DNA of 32,000 nt from Pirellula staleyi DSM 6068 (GTDB lineage: Bacteria > Planctomycetota > Planctomycetia > Pirellulales > Pirellulaceae), in assembly GCA_000025185.1 (NCBI GenBank), contig CP001848.1, positions 3,540,001-3,572,000 of the forward strand. Reading direction: 5' to 3'. Positions 1 through 9,362 of the stretch are shown here, piece after piece. The translations under genes and the position numbers were made by a program. How positions within the stretch are numbered: position 1 is the first letter of the stretch; each line of letters starts with the position of its first letter. The notes under the pieces are model-generated. The model had not been told where the DNA came from, made no database searches, and was given only the letters and a program-made list of their open reading frames with translations.

Positions 1-2072
1 GCATACTCGGCTGGCTGAGGCGGACGAACACTCGCGCCACCAATCTGTGTCGCCAAATCACCCGCCGCAGCGAGCGAAATATCGCGAATCAGTTCCGCTT
101 CAATCCGCCTTCGCACTTGCCGCGCCAGGAGGCTGTTATCAGGATCGATCGCCATGAGTTCTGGCCGCGCAACACTACTTTGGCGATAGGTGTGCGACCG
201 CATGATGGTCCGGAGCAAATGCTTGAGACTCCAGTCGTGCTCGATGAAATCAGCAGCAAGCGCGTCGAGTAGTTCGGGATGCGTCGGTGGCGATCCTTGT
301 TTGCCGAAATCGTCGCTCGAAGTGACGAGCCCTTTGCCAAACAGATGCAGCCAGACACGATTCACCAGCACCCGCGCCACCAGCGGGCTGGCATCGCTGG
401 TCATCCAGTGGGCCAAATCGATCCGGTCGGCTGTGCTGCCGCGCGGTGAGAGTTTTGGCAGCGCGGCTGGAGTCCCCGGCTGCACCACATCGCCGGGGGA
501 AAGAAAATCGCCACGAATGTGCAGCCGCGTTTCGCGCGGCGCTTTGCGCTCGACGAGCGATTGCACTTTCGCTTCGATTCGAAGCGCGGGACGCTTCGCG
601 CGGTGATCGGCGATTTCTTTCGCAAGTTTCGCACGCTCCGCATCATTGTCGCGCACATGCTGCGCCATCACCTCGCGGTCAGCATCGCTCCGAGCTGCGG
701 CGTCACGAGCCAGAATCGCCCGCAGATTTTCCGGTAACTTTTCGAGCAGTTTTTCGTCCGTCTTGGTCGACGTTTCCCAGCGCTCGATGGCCAATGCAAG
801 TTGCTCGGCATCCCATTGAGCTAGATCGCTTTCGAGCTTCTTCAGACGTTTTTCGTAAGCATGCATCGCCTTGGCGAGCTGCTCCTGATCGCTCGCGCGC
901 GGAACATCGGGATTCACTTCATCGGCGCTGTTAAACATCGCGTAGAGCGAAAAATATTCGCGCTGCGTGATCGGATCGTACTTGTGCGTATGACACTGCG
1001 CGCACCCCACCGTGAGCCCTAGAAAAACCGAACCGACTGTATTAATCCGGTCGACTGTCTTCTTGGTCCGATCCTCTTCTGGATCGATTCCCCCTTCGGC
1101 GTTGTGCAGCGTGTTGCGATGAAATCCACTCGCGATGGTCCCTTGCGGATCGGCAGGTGTCGCGAGCATATCTCCGGCGATTTGCAGCTGCGCGAATTGA
1201 TCGAACGGCAGATCGCTGTTGAGCGACTCGATCACCCAGTCGCGATAGCGAAACGCAAACTCGCGCGGCTTATCTTTTTCGTAGCCATCGCTGTCGGCAT
1301 ACCGGGCCAGATCGAGCCAGTGTCGTCCCCACCGCTCCCCAAAATGAGGCGAGGCGAGCAAGCGATCGAGCAACTGCTCGTAGGCATCCGGCGCCGTGCT
1401 GCTGGTGAACTTCGCTGCTTCTTCCGGCGTCGGCAGCAGACCGAGCAGGTCGAAGTAGACGCGCCGCAGCTGCGTGTGCTTCGGGGCTGCTGGTGCAGGT
1501 GCGATCTTCTCCCGCGCCAGGCGCTGCTGAACCCAGTCGTCGATAAAGTTCTCGCGCGCTGCTCCCCTGCCTGCGAGCAACTGCTGATCAACCTCGTGCA
1601 CCACGAGCGGCTGCCAGGCCCAGTGATCGCTGCCAACCGGCTTGGTTGCGTCGCTTTGCGGCCATGTGGCCCCCTCGTCGATCCAGCGTCGAATGAGAGC
1701 CACCTCGCCAGCAGAAAGTGGTTTACCTTTCCCCTCCGGCGGCATCTGCTCTAGTTCGTCGTCGCTTCCATCAAGGACTCGTGCCAGGCGACTATCGGCC
1801 GACTTACCCGCCGCGATCACCGGGCCGAGATCGCCACCCATCATGGCCCGCGCTCGATCGTCGAGCCGCAGCCCCGATTCTTGTACCTCGCTGCCGTGGC
1901 ACGAATAGCACGACCGCCTCAGCAGCGGCTCGATCTCTCGGGCATAGTCGACCTTGGGGAGGGCGCTCTGCGATGGCTCCTCGGCTGAACTGGTCCCCGC
2001 ATAGGTGGCCAAGAGCATGGCCACAAGGAGCGCGAGGGGCCGATGCAGCGAGTGATTCAGTGGAGAAGTCAT
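1..2072 (-). CDS. DUF1549/DUF1553 (PSD1-type) protein with N-terminal planctomycete cytochrome-c domain; partial, C-terminus runs off the window start
   Basis: Absent from the ORF track because there is no stop inside the window. Hand translation of the minus strand from the ATG at 2072 gives MTSPLNHSLHRPLALLVAMLLA (signal peptide), then a CYSCH heme-c motif. GLTVGCAQCHTHKYDPITQRE (about nt 960-1020) is the hallmark DUF1553 motif. The frame is still open at nt 3 (..GGASVRPPQPAEY). Confidence 0.8.
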   Translation of the reverse strand, partial: MTSPLNHSLHRPLALLVAMLLATYAGTSSAEEPSQSALPKVDYAREIEPLLRRSCYSCHGSEVQESGLRLDDRARAMMGGDLGPVIAAGKSADSRLARVLDGSDDELEQMPPEGKGKPLSAGEVALIRRWIDEGATWPQSDATKPVGSDHWAWQPLVVHEVDQQLLAGRGAARENFIDDWVQQRLAREKIAPAPAAPKHTQLRRVYFDLLGLLPTPEEAAKFTSSTAPDAYEQLLDRLLASPHFGERWGRHWLDLARYADSDGYEKDKPREFAFRYRDWVIESLNSDLPFDQFAQLQIAGDMLATPADPQGTIASGFHRNTLHNAEGGIDPEEDRTKKTVDRINTVGSVFLGLTVGCAQCHTHKYDPITQREYFSLYAMFNSADEVNPDVPRASDQEQLAKAMHAYEKRLKKLESDLAQWDAEQLALAIERWETSTKTDEKLLEKLPENLRAILARDAAARSDADREVMAQHVRDNDAERAKLAKEIADHRAKRPALRIEAKVQSLVERKAPRETRLHIRGDFLSPGDVVQPGTPAALPKLSPRGSTADRIDLAHWMTSDASPLVARVLVNRVWLHLFGKGLVTSSDDFGKQGSPPTHPELLDALAADFIEHDWSLKHLLRTIMRSHTYRQSSVARPELMAIDPDNSLLARQVRRRIEAELIRDISLAAAGDLATQIGGASVRPPQPAEY

Positions 2073-2228
2073 GCATTGGCCTCCAACTAGGCCAGCGAGC
2101 CGTGGGCGGGGCGCGGAAGGCCCCAGGCTCGGAAGGTCCAAGTGGCTGGTGGGACGTGCAAGCGGCAGGAGGCTTTGAATCTAAGCTCTAGCCCCCTCAG
2201 GGGTCAAATGCGGGAGTTCAGATTCCCG

Positions 2229-3701
2229 TTAAAGAGCTTCCGGCCTCTTGGCGCCCGATCGCAATTGGTCGATCACCCCCACGATGATCCCCGACACAAT
2301 CACCACGATTCCCCAGGCGAGCGATTCCCAGGTGAGCAGCTCGGTGATGGCGTAGGAAAACGACGAATACGACATCAAGAGACTGGAAATCACGAAGATC
2401 GGCACCACCAGCCAGACTAGCGGGGTGCGATAGAGCGAGGCCTCGGGAAAGCGATAGCGGAGCATCGGCAGCGACAGGCCAATGATCGCAAAGAAGCCCC
2501 AAAAGAAGGGGCCCGTGAAGCAAACCAACCGCTCGAACCCTTTGTCGTAGAGTCCAAACGCGATCACCATCGCCACGGTCGCCAGCCCTTGAATCCAGAG
2601 CGAACGTCGCGGCACACCCCGCTCGGCTTCCCACGATCCGAGCCAGCCGAGCAGCGGATGCTCGTTGCCCAAAGCAAAAGAAACGCGCGATCCGGTGAGG
2701 ATCATGCCGTGAATTGCCCCGAGGCAGCTGACACAAATCAGCACGCTGATGATCACACTTCCGGCGCTCCCAAAGCGTGTGGCGAGCACATCGGCCGCGA
2801 TGCTCGGCGAGCTGTACATTGCCGTTCCGAGCGCTCGAAAGAAGGCAAAATTCACCAGCAGATAAATGACCGCCACCGCGATCGTCCCCAGCACCAAGGC
2901 CCGGGAGATATTACGTTTGGGATCGCGCACCTCGGCAGCGACGTACGACATGTCGCTCCAGCCTCCGTAGGCGAACATCACAAACACCATGGCCAGCGCG
3001 ATGCCGGGCATCGGCGCGGGGGCAAGCGACTCGGGAGCCACCGTTTGCATCACAGGCCAAGGGCTCGTGAGGCCGATCAGCACCACTGCCGAGAGCCCAA
3101 CCACTTTGGCGAGCGTCAGCAGGTTTTGCGTCCATTTACCCGCCTGAATGCCGACGACATTCAGCACGGTCAGGACCAAGATCGAGCCGGCAGCAACACC
3201 GACGGTCGCCAGCTTGCTGGTCCCAATCGGAATGATTTTGCTGGCGTAGGTGGCGAGCACAAACGAGATCGCGCCGACATTACCGGGGCGAATGATCCAG
3301 AACTCGACCCAGGCAAACGCAAAGCCTGCCCAGCGACCGAACGCTTTCCGCAGGAACAAATAGTTGCCACCCGCTTCGGAATGATTGGTGGCGATTTCGG
3401 CGTAGCACAAGGCTCCGGCCAAAGCCACAATCGCGCCGGCTCCCCAAATCAGCCCGATTGCCGCGAGCCCCCAAAACCACTGGTCGGCGGAGGTAAGTTC
3501 GGCACTGGCGAGCTGCTCAGGCTGGTAAAACCACCGGAGCAAATCGCGCAGCGTAAACGCCGCGATGCTGGGGGCTTTCTCGTAAATCGCCGAGCCGATG
3601 ATGATCCCGAGAATGATCGACGTGGAATCGACCAGCGACAGCTGCGCGCGAGCGGCGGCTGTTGAATCCTGGGTCGGTTGGGTCTCGGGCGATGCGTCCA
3701 T
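2229..3701 (-). CDS. APC-family amino acid permease
   Basis: 490 aa, about 12 hydrophobic segments. N-terminal SLVDSTSIILGIIIGSAIY and overall composition are typical of amino acid/polyamine/organocation transporters. Confidence 0.85.
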   Translation of the reverse strand: MDASPETQPTQDSTAAARAQLSLVDSTSIILGIIIGSAIYEKAPSIAAFTLRDLLRWFYQPEQLASAELTSADQWFWGLAAIGLIWGAGAIVALAGALCYAEIATNHSEAGGNYLFLRKAFGRWAGFAFAWVEFWIIRPGNVGAISFVLATYASKIIPIGTSKLATVGVAAGSILVLTVLNVVGIQAGKWTQNLLTLAKVVGLSAVVLIGLTSPWPVMQTVAPESLAPAPMPGIALAMVFVMFAYGGWSDMSYVAAEVRDPKRNISRALVLGTIAVAVIYLLVNFAFFRALGTAMYSSPSIAADVLATRFGSAGSVIISVLICVSCLGAIHGMILTGSRVSFALGNEHPLLGWLGSWEAERGVPRRSLWIQGLATVAMVIAFGLYDKGFERLVCFTGPFFWGFFAIIGLSLPMLRYRFPEASLYRTPLVWLVVPIFVISSLLMSYSSFSYAITELLTWESLAWGIVVIVSGIIVGVIDQLRSGAKRPEAL

Positions 3702-3929
3702 GCGTGGCGATCTTCGTGAATGCGTGGGGCGGAGTGTCGCGAGTATATCGGAAAACGGCGATAGAGACCTGCTCGGTGGGTAGAAGGTTCAGCCCGAGAG
3801 CACACCGGCGCGAAATTCTCGCATCCTGGGAATTGATCCGTTACGATTGGTCCGCCCGAAGCCAACTACATCTGTAGCGGCTCGACTCGCTTCTCTTCTC
3901 ACGCTGCTCGCAATCCCGGAGATCTCGTC

Positions 3930-5219
3930 ATGCTCTCGCGACGCACCTTTGTAGCGCAAACCATTGTCACCGGCTCGCTGGGACTCGCTGGTCAGTTCCT
4001 TGCCCCAGGCCCAGTGCGGGGGGCTGATTGGCTCGGCTTTCGCGGACCTGGTGGACTCGGAGTGGCTGTCGGAAAAGAGCCTCCGCTCGAGTGGTCGGCA
4101 ACCAGCAACGTCCGCTGGACCGCTTCCCCACCCGGCGCGGGCAACTCTTCGCCGATCGTCGTCGGCAGTCAGATCATCCTGGCGGGCTACGACGGGTTCA
4201 ACGTTCCCGGAAGCAGTTCGAGCAGCCCCGAGGCTTTGACGCGCTATCTCGCCGCACTCGACCGCAAAACAGGCAAGCCGCTTTGGAAAACGAACTTCCC
4301 CGCGCGTCTTCCCGAGCAGGAGTCGATTCGTGACGAGCATGGCTATGCGACCAACACACCCGCCTGCGATGGCAAGCTGATTGTTGCCTTCTTTGGTAAG
4401 TCGGGTGTCGCTGCCTTTGATCTTCAAGGAAAGCAACTTTGGACTGCCGATGTCGGTTCGGGTCTTAATGGTTGGGGCTCTGCTGCTTCCCCCTTAATTC
4501 ATAAAGACCTGGTTTATATTAATGCCAGTGTCGAGAGCGAACAATTAATTGCGCTCGACAAGAAGACTGGTAAAGAAGTTTGGCGCGCACGAGGAATGAA
4601 AGAATCGTGGAATACCCCCGTGATTGTTGAAAATCCCCAAGGAAAAGAAGAGCTAGTGCTTGCTATCTTTGGGAAATTGCTCGCCTTTGATCCCAGCACA
4701 GGGACCCCTTTATGGAATTGTGATACCAATATCAGTTGGTATATGGTGCCGGGGCTCGTGTCGCATCAAGGTATTATTTATTGTATTGGTGGCCGGACAG
4801 GGGGATCGCTCGCTGTGAAGTCGGGGGGCTCGGGAGATGTGACCGATACGCATCGTGTGTGGGTTGGTAAGAAAGGCTCGAATGTTTCATCGCCCATCTA
4901 TTATGAGGGTCATCTTTATTTTGCGCACGAGCAATTAGGAATTGTCTACTGCGCCGATGCGAAGACGGGAGAGATTCAGTACGAAGAGCGACTCCCGCGT
5001 GCCGCGCAGTTCTATGCCTCGCCGATCCTGGCCGCTAGGCGGGTCTATTACTTGGGGCGGAATGGCCGCTGCTTTGTCGTCGCTGCCAAGCCGTCGTTTG
5101 AACTGCTGGCGACCAACGATCTCGAGGCGGGGCGCGAGGTCTTTAACGCCAGCCCGATCGCCCTGGATGGCGAGCTGCTGATTCGGTCGGATCGGAGGCT
5201 GTACTGCATCGGCGCGTAG
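3930..5219 (+). CDS. PQQ-like (BamB-type) beta-propeller repeat protein, secreted
   Basis: 429 aa. N-terminus MLSRRTFVAQTIVTGSLGLAG resembles a Tat/Sec signal. Repeated G-x-L/V-W motifs (GKPLWKT, GKQLWTA, GKEVWRA, GTPLWNC) are typical of PQQ-like propeller blades. Confidence 0.8.
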   Translation: MLSRRTFVAQTIVTGSLGLAGQFLAPGPVRGADWLGFRGPGGLGVAVGKEPPLEWSATSNVRWTASPPGAGNSSPIVVGSQIILAGYDGFNVPGSSSSSPEALTRYLAALDRKTGKPLWKTNFPARLPEQESIRDEHGYATNTPACDGKLIVAFFGKSGVAAFDLQGKQLWTADVGSGLNGWGSAASPLIHKDLVYINASVESEQLIALDKKTGKEVWRARGMKESWNTPVIVENPQGKEELVLAIFGKLLAFDPSTGTPLWNCDTNISWYMVPGLVSHQGIIYCIGGRTGGSLAVKSGGSGDVTDTHRVWVGKKGSNVSSPIYYEGHLYFAHEQLGIVYCADAKTGEIQYEERLPRAAQFYASPILAARRVYYLGRNGRCFVVAAKPSFELLATNDLEAGREVFNASPIALDGELLIRSDRRLYCIGA

Positions 5220-5492
5220 CCTTCATTTATCGATCCCTGCCCAGCCAATCGGGGTGGCTGCACGTAGTCTTCAGCAGCACGCTCGATCTTTGATTTTATA
5301 AAAATCGCGACAATTCTTCTTGAAACTTAGCGGAGCGGTTCGGTATAGTGCGGCCATCCGCTGAACGGCTCTCCCCCGTAAGCGAACGATTCTTTGTAGC
5401 GCCACACTCTTTCTGGGGGAGCCAAATTGGCTATGAGAGAGCGGGATGATTCGCAGCTGCGCACGTGCAGTCACAGCCGGGGGTATCGCCCC

Positions 5493-5912
5493 ATGAGGCA
5501 CTATTATGCCGCTCTACTGGCCACCGTTTCGCTGGGGCTTGCCTCCAGTGGCTGTAGTCCCTCCAGCGTCGACGGCCGCTATGGCCTCCAAGGATCGGCG
5601 ACGTTTCAGGGAGCACCTCTGAAAGTCGGAACGATCGAGCTGAGCAACGACGATCAAACCCAGGTGACCGGCGCCACGATCGCCGACGGTTCGTACTCGG
5701 TACCGGCCGCCATGGGCCTCAAGCCGGGCATCTACCGGGTCAAAATCTCTTCTGTGGAAGATGCGCCGGTCGACACGAGCGCGCCTCCTGGCCCCGAAAC
5801 CATGAACGTGGTGGGGAAGGAGCTGATTCCAGCCGAGTTCAATGTGCAAACCAAACTGACGGCGGAAGTGACCGAAGGTGGTTCGAATACGTTCGACTTT
5901 GCGATTCCGTAG
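5493..5912 (+). CDS. Small lipoprotein upstream of a DUF1559 gene, beta-sandwich-like
   Basis: An internal ATG at 5493 gives MRHYYAALLATVSLGLASSGC with a lipobox (ASSGC). Small lipoproteins commonly accompany DUF1559 genes in planctomycetes. The upstream extension to 5427 has no signal-peptide logic. Confidence 0.6.
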   Translation: MRHYYAALLATVSLGLASSGCSPSSVDGRYGLQGSATFQGAPLKVGTIELSNDDQTQVTGATIADGSYSVPAAMGLKPGIYRVKISSVEDAPVDTSAPPGPETMNVVGKELIPAEFNVQTKLTAEVTEGGSNTFDFAIP

Positions 5913-6067
5913 GACGGACAAAAACAGCGCTTAGCGCCAGCGCTTGAACCTAAATCGATAGCGCCCGGGAGGCTGCACATTCGTGTGGCTCCTGCGGGTG
6001 GCCCATGACATAACGCAGTTACCCCCTCTCCAAATTTTTCTATTCCTTTTCTACTTGGGGTGTCTCG

Positions 6068-7003
6068 ATGCGCGCACGTACTCGTTTAGGCTTTACGCTC
6101 GTAGAGTTGCTGGTGGTGATTGCAATTATTGGGGTGCTGGTGGCGCTGCTGTTGCCCGCTGTGCAAGCAGCGCGCGAAGCAGCCCGCCGGACACAGTGCC
6201 AAAACAATTTCAAGCAAATTGCGCTCGGCATGCATAACCACCACGATGTCCATTTGGCGCTACCGGCCGGGATGGGGCCAAGTGGTTGCTGCTGGGGAAC
6301 CTGGCAGGTGCTGATTCTGCCGTATGTCGAGCAGACGAACGTGTTTGATAAGTACGTGAACTGGGGTGGCAACGATTCGACCAACGGTGGTACTCGCTAC
6401 AGCGGCGCGCCAAACACCACGAACGTCACGAACATTCGCTTCAAGGCGTTCACATGCCCGAGCGATCAGCCGAACTCGCCGATCGGGTCGATCACGAATC
6501 ACAACTACGCCGTGAACTTTGGCAACACCAGTGGCGCGCAGCATGCAACGCTCAACAGCGTGACGTTTCAGCAGGCTCCGTTTGCGGTGAGCAAAAATCT
6601 GACCGACAACAAGTTCAAGGGGTATAACCTGGCGCATATCCTCGATGGAACGAGCAACACGCTGATGGTGGGTGAAGTGCTGCAAGGACAAGGGAGCGAT
6701 TTGCGTGGGTTCACCTGGTGGGGCGATGCCTGCCAGTTCACCACCTACTTGGCTCCCAACAGCCCACTTCCCGATCGGATTTACACAGCCGGTTATTGCA
6801 ACAATCTGCCGCTGCGGAATTTGCCTTGCGCTGTTTCGTCGAGCTCCGATCCCTCGATGTTCGCCTCGCGCAGCCGACACCCTGGTGGTGTGCAAGTCGC
6901 ACTGTGCGACGGCTCGTCGCGCTTCATTTCGCAAACGGTGGATATGAACGTTTGGCGGGCCATCAGCACCGCCCAAGGTAGCGAAGCAGTGGCTGTTCCT
7001 TAA
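6068..7003 (+). CDS. DUF1559 domain protein with prepilin-type N-terminal cleavage/methylation domain
   Basis: N-terminus [45 protein letters not shown]-terminal [18 protein letters not shown] is the typical DUF1559 end. Confidence 0.9.
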   Translation: MRARTRLGFTLVELLVVIAIIGVLVALLLPAVQAAREAARRTQCQNNFKQIALGMHNHHDVHLALPAGMGPSGCCWGTWQVLILPYVEQTNVFDKYVNWGGNDSTNGGTRYSGAPNTTNVTNIRFKAFTCPSDQPNSPIGSITNHNYAVNFGNTSGAQHATLNSVTFQQAPFAVSKNLTDNKFKGYNLAHILDGTSNTLMVGEVLQGQGSDLRGFTWWGDACQFTTYLAPNSPLPDRIYTAGYCNNLPLRNLPCAVSSSSDPSMFASRSRHPGGVQVALCDGSSRFISQTVDMNVWRAISTAQGSEAVAVP

Positions 7004-7177
7004 GCTTGCTGAGCTGAGACTTCGTCTGTCGTCAATGTCATGCTGCAATCAGTAGGCTGCCATCCAGTGTGCCACTGGGCTCTGCCCAGTGAGACGTGCG
7101 AGACGCCAGTGGCACCCCAAAACAGCTGACATAGATCGATTGACGGATTACTAAGCCTGAAAATCTCCCCGCGCACG

Positions 7178-7227
7178 AAAAAGGGGCTCGCTGAACGATG
7201 ATTCAGCGAGCCCCTTTTGTTTTTTGA
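7178..7227. terminator. Bidirectional intrinsic terminator between convergent genes
   Basis: Perfect hairpin aaaaggggctcgctgaa / ttcagcgagcccctttt with a 6-7 nt loop. It is flanked by an A-run on the left and gtttttt on the right, and lies between the 3' ends of 6068-7003(+) and 7274-7597(-). Confidence 0.65.
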
Positions 7228-7273
7228 TTCGTGCTGTTTTCTCAGACTTCCATCAGCGTGCTTGAGCGGCTTC

Positions 7274-7597
7274 TTACAGCTGCTTCAGCAGTTCGATTGC
7301 TACGGGACGAGCGGTGGCTGGATTGGCTTTGATTCCCATCAAGCCTTTCTCGAGGATGTCACCCTTGGCGGCATCCTTTTCCTTCACTCGCTTAATGAGA
7401 TCGGGATACGATTCAGCTTCGCTCGTGACAGGCATGCCGTTGGCGTAGTTGGTGAGAATCGCTTTGGCTTCGTTGATCGGGTCAACGACGGTCACTTGAT
7501 ATGTTTCGATCTCGGGAGTGCCACTTTGAGCACAGCCGACTCCGAACATTGCAGCGGCTACGAGAGCAGCTGCAAGCAATTGGCGGTTCATGTTCAT
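7274..7597 (-). CDS. Small lipoprotein downstream of a DUF1559 gene
   Basis: MNMNRQLLAAALVAAAMFGVGCAQ is a signal peptide plus lipobox. Start chosen at the ATG at 7597 (alternative 7591) rather than the track start at 7630. Confidence 0.6.
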   Translation of the reverse strand: MNMNRQLLAAALVAAAMFGVGCAQSGTPEIETYQVTVVDPINEAKAILTNYANGMPVTSEAESYPDLIKRVKEKDAAKGDILEKGLMGIKANPATARPVAIELLKQL

Positions 7598-7704
7598 TCC
7601 TGGAATGGTTCGTAGCGGAAAGGAAAACATCCGATCTCGCGCGGCGAAGCAAAACGCTTGCCGCGCGCTGGATGCTGGTGGGATAGAGCGAGCGATGCGT
7701 GCGA

Positions 7705-8799
7705 TTAGAAGTTGGCCAGAGGCTGTCCGTCGCTACGATTGCCAACGCGCTGCCAGGTGAGCAGATCGATGGTGTTGGTGACGAAGCGGACCGAGCCATC
7801 TCCCATCACGGCATTCACACCGTTGGGGTGCATGGAGCGAGCTGGCAGCACGGCATTGCTCCAGTCGTGAGCACCACCGGGGCAGCAGTTGCCACCGGCC
7901 GAAGGAAAACGCCAGTTTGGTGGAGCGGAGGTGTTGAGGGTCGAGTGACCAGCAGCATACCAGGCCCAGTTGCCACCGTTGTTGCCACGGAAACCACCAC
8001 CCGAGAGAGCCTTGGCAGCAGTGCCGATGGCGTCGAGTTCCGCTTGGGTGGGGAAGTCTTTGTTGACAACCGAGGTGAAAGGACCATCGCCACCATAGAA
8101 GATGTCGAAGGGGTAAGTAGCAGCGCCCGAGTTGACGCCGGTTCCACCGAGGAATTCCGAGGCGAGCAGGGTGTTGCTCAAACCATCGGTGGCATCGCGC
8201 ATGCCACGTTCGTTTTGGTAAGCGATCAAACCGTTGAGGTTCTGACCAGCCCACACCACTTCGGTGCGGCTGCCGGTCGACCAGCCGTAGTTACAGCCAG
8301 GACCACCCCAGCCGACCGAGCGCGTGGCGCGGTGCGTGGCCGAAGGGCATTTGAAGACCTTCAGTTCGACGTTCATCGGGCCGTTGTAGTCGAAGCTCCA
8401 CATCGCCGAGTCACCCACAGCGCCAGCGCCGGTCGATTGACCAGGCAGGGCGGTGGTGGGAATGCGGAACTGCTGAAAAACGGTCTGCTGTTCGATGAAC
8501 GGCAGGATGAAATAGTGGGCGCTCAGCGCTTCCCAAGCGTTCGGGCCGACGAGCTGATAGTTGAACGGGAACTTGTTGTTCGTGTCGCGGAAATTGTGGA
8601 TGCCGATGCCGAGCTGTTTCAGGTTGTTCGTGCACTGGGTGCGGCGAGCAGCTTCGCGTGCAGCTTGCACGGCTGGCAGCAAGAGCGCCACCAAGACGCC
8701 GATGATCGCAATCACGACCAGCAGCTCGACGAGCGTAAAACCGGCGAGCGCGCGAGTGCTCGGCCCCCGCGACTTGCGGGACATTCGGGAGAGGTTCAT
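7705..8799 (-). CDS. DUF1559 domain protein with prepilin-type N-terminal cleavage/methylation domain
   Basis: From the ATG at 8799: [63 protein letters not shown]-terminal [17 protein letters not shown]. The N-terminal 29 aa of the track ORF look like read-through. Confidence 0.9.
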   Translation of the reverse strand: MNLSRMSRKSRGPSTRALAGFTLVELLVVIAIIGVLVALLLPAVQAAREAARRTQCTNNLKQLGIGIHNFRDTNNKFPFNYQLVGPNAWEALSAHYFILPFIEQQTVFQQFRIPTTALPGQSTGAGAVGDSAMWSFDYNGPMNVELKVFKCPSATHRATRSVGWGGPGCNYGWSTGSRTEVVWAGQNLNGLIAYQNERGMRDATDGLSNTLLASEFLGGTGVNSGAATYPFDIFYGGDGPFTSVVNKDFPTQAELDAIGTAAKALSGGGFRGNNGGNWAWYAAGHSTLNTSAPPNWRFPSAGGNCCPGGAHDWSNAVLPARSMHPNGVNAVMGDGSVRFVTNTIDLLTWQRVGNRSDGQPLANF

Positions 8800-9223
8800 G
8801 GGTACACCAGGTAGATGAAGAAAGAATGAAGTGCGAATTCGCGGGCCGAATACCGGCCGCGACACACAATGGAGCCAAACTTGCAAGGGGGCTTAGCGTT
8901 GCCTTAGCCACCCGGGACGGTCTGGAAACCGGCACTCTCAATCGTATCGACGCTGGCGTGCCGATGCTACTGCGCTCACAAAGTTCTGGGCGGTTTTTTC
9001 AAGAAAACGTTTTTCATGAACGTCCATTGAGGGGTGTTTGGTTAGCCAGAAAGAGTGGTTTTGTTTTCGTAATGCTAAGTAGACGCAGCACCCTTAAGCT
9101 ACCGGCTGAGAGAGCAGCGGCGAAGCCTCGTGAGAAGGGGCGTGAGCACTGATTTTGTGCTACACGGTGCACTTGCTGGGGTCATGGCTGTACTTCAGCA
9201 GCGCAGAACAGAGCCACCCAGGG

Positions 9224-9336
9224 TAGGGGCCGGCTCCACCGGCCGAGAATCGATTAGGGCCGGTCGAGGATCGAGTAGAGCCGGTTCTACCGGCCGGAAA
9301 TCTACCTCGGCCCGGCAGCTGGAGCGGCTGCCGGAC
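9224..9336. repeat. Cluster of GC-rich stem-loop repeats (GGCCGG-N5-CCGGCC type) just downstream of the 9363-10355 gene
   Basis: Three hairpins: 9228-9244 (ggccgg ctcca ccggcc), 9280-9294 (gccgg ttcta ccggc), and 9312-9334 (ccggcagc N7 gctgccgg). Units 1 and 2 are about 70% identical over 30 nt (ggccggctccaccggccgagaat vs agccggttctaccggccggaaat). Confidence 0.5.
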
Positions 9337-9362
9337 CGTAAATACTATCGCTGTGGTGGCGA

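Noticed and set aside
190-2191. Many 60-216-aa ORFs on both strands (for example 1104-1754 plus, 1232-1636 minus, 1718-2191 plus)
   Set aside because: All lie inside or against the long open minus-strand frame encoding the DUF1549/DUF1553 protein, which the track omits only because its stop is outside the window.
2589-3665. 358-aa plus-strand ORF, and 2218-2736 on the minus strand
   Set aside because: Both overlap the APC permease. They are extremely Arg/Gly/His/Asp-rich and non-membrane, with no domain.
7699-8814. 371-aa plus-strand ORF, and the 173/110/176-aa minus-strand alternatives
   Set aside because: They overlap the DUF1559 gene (7705-8799, minus strand), which has the diagnostic prepilin N-terminus. 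The alternative frames have biased composition and no motifs.
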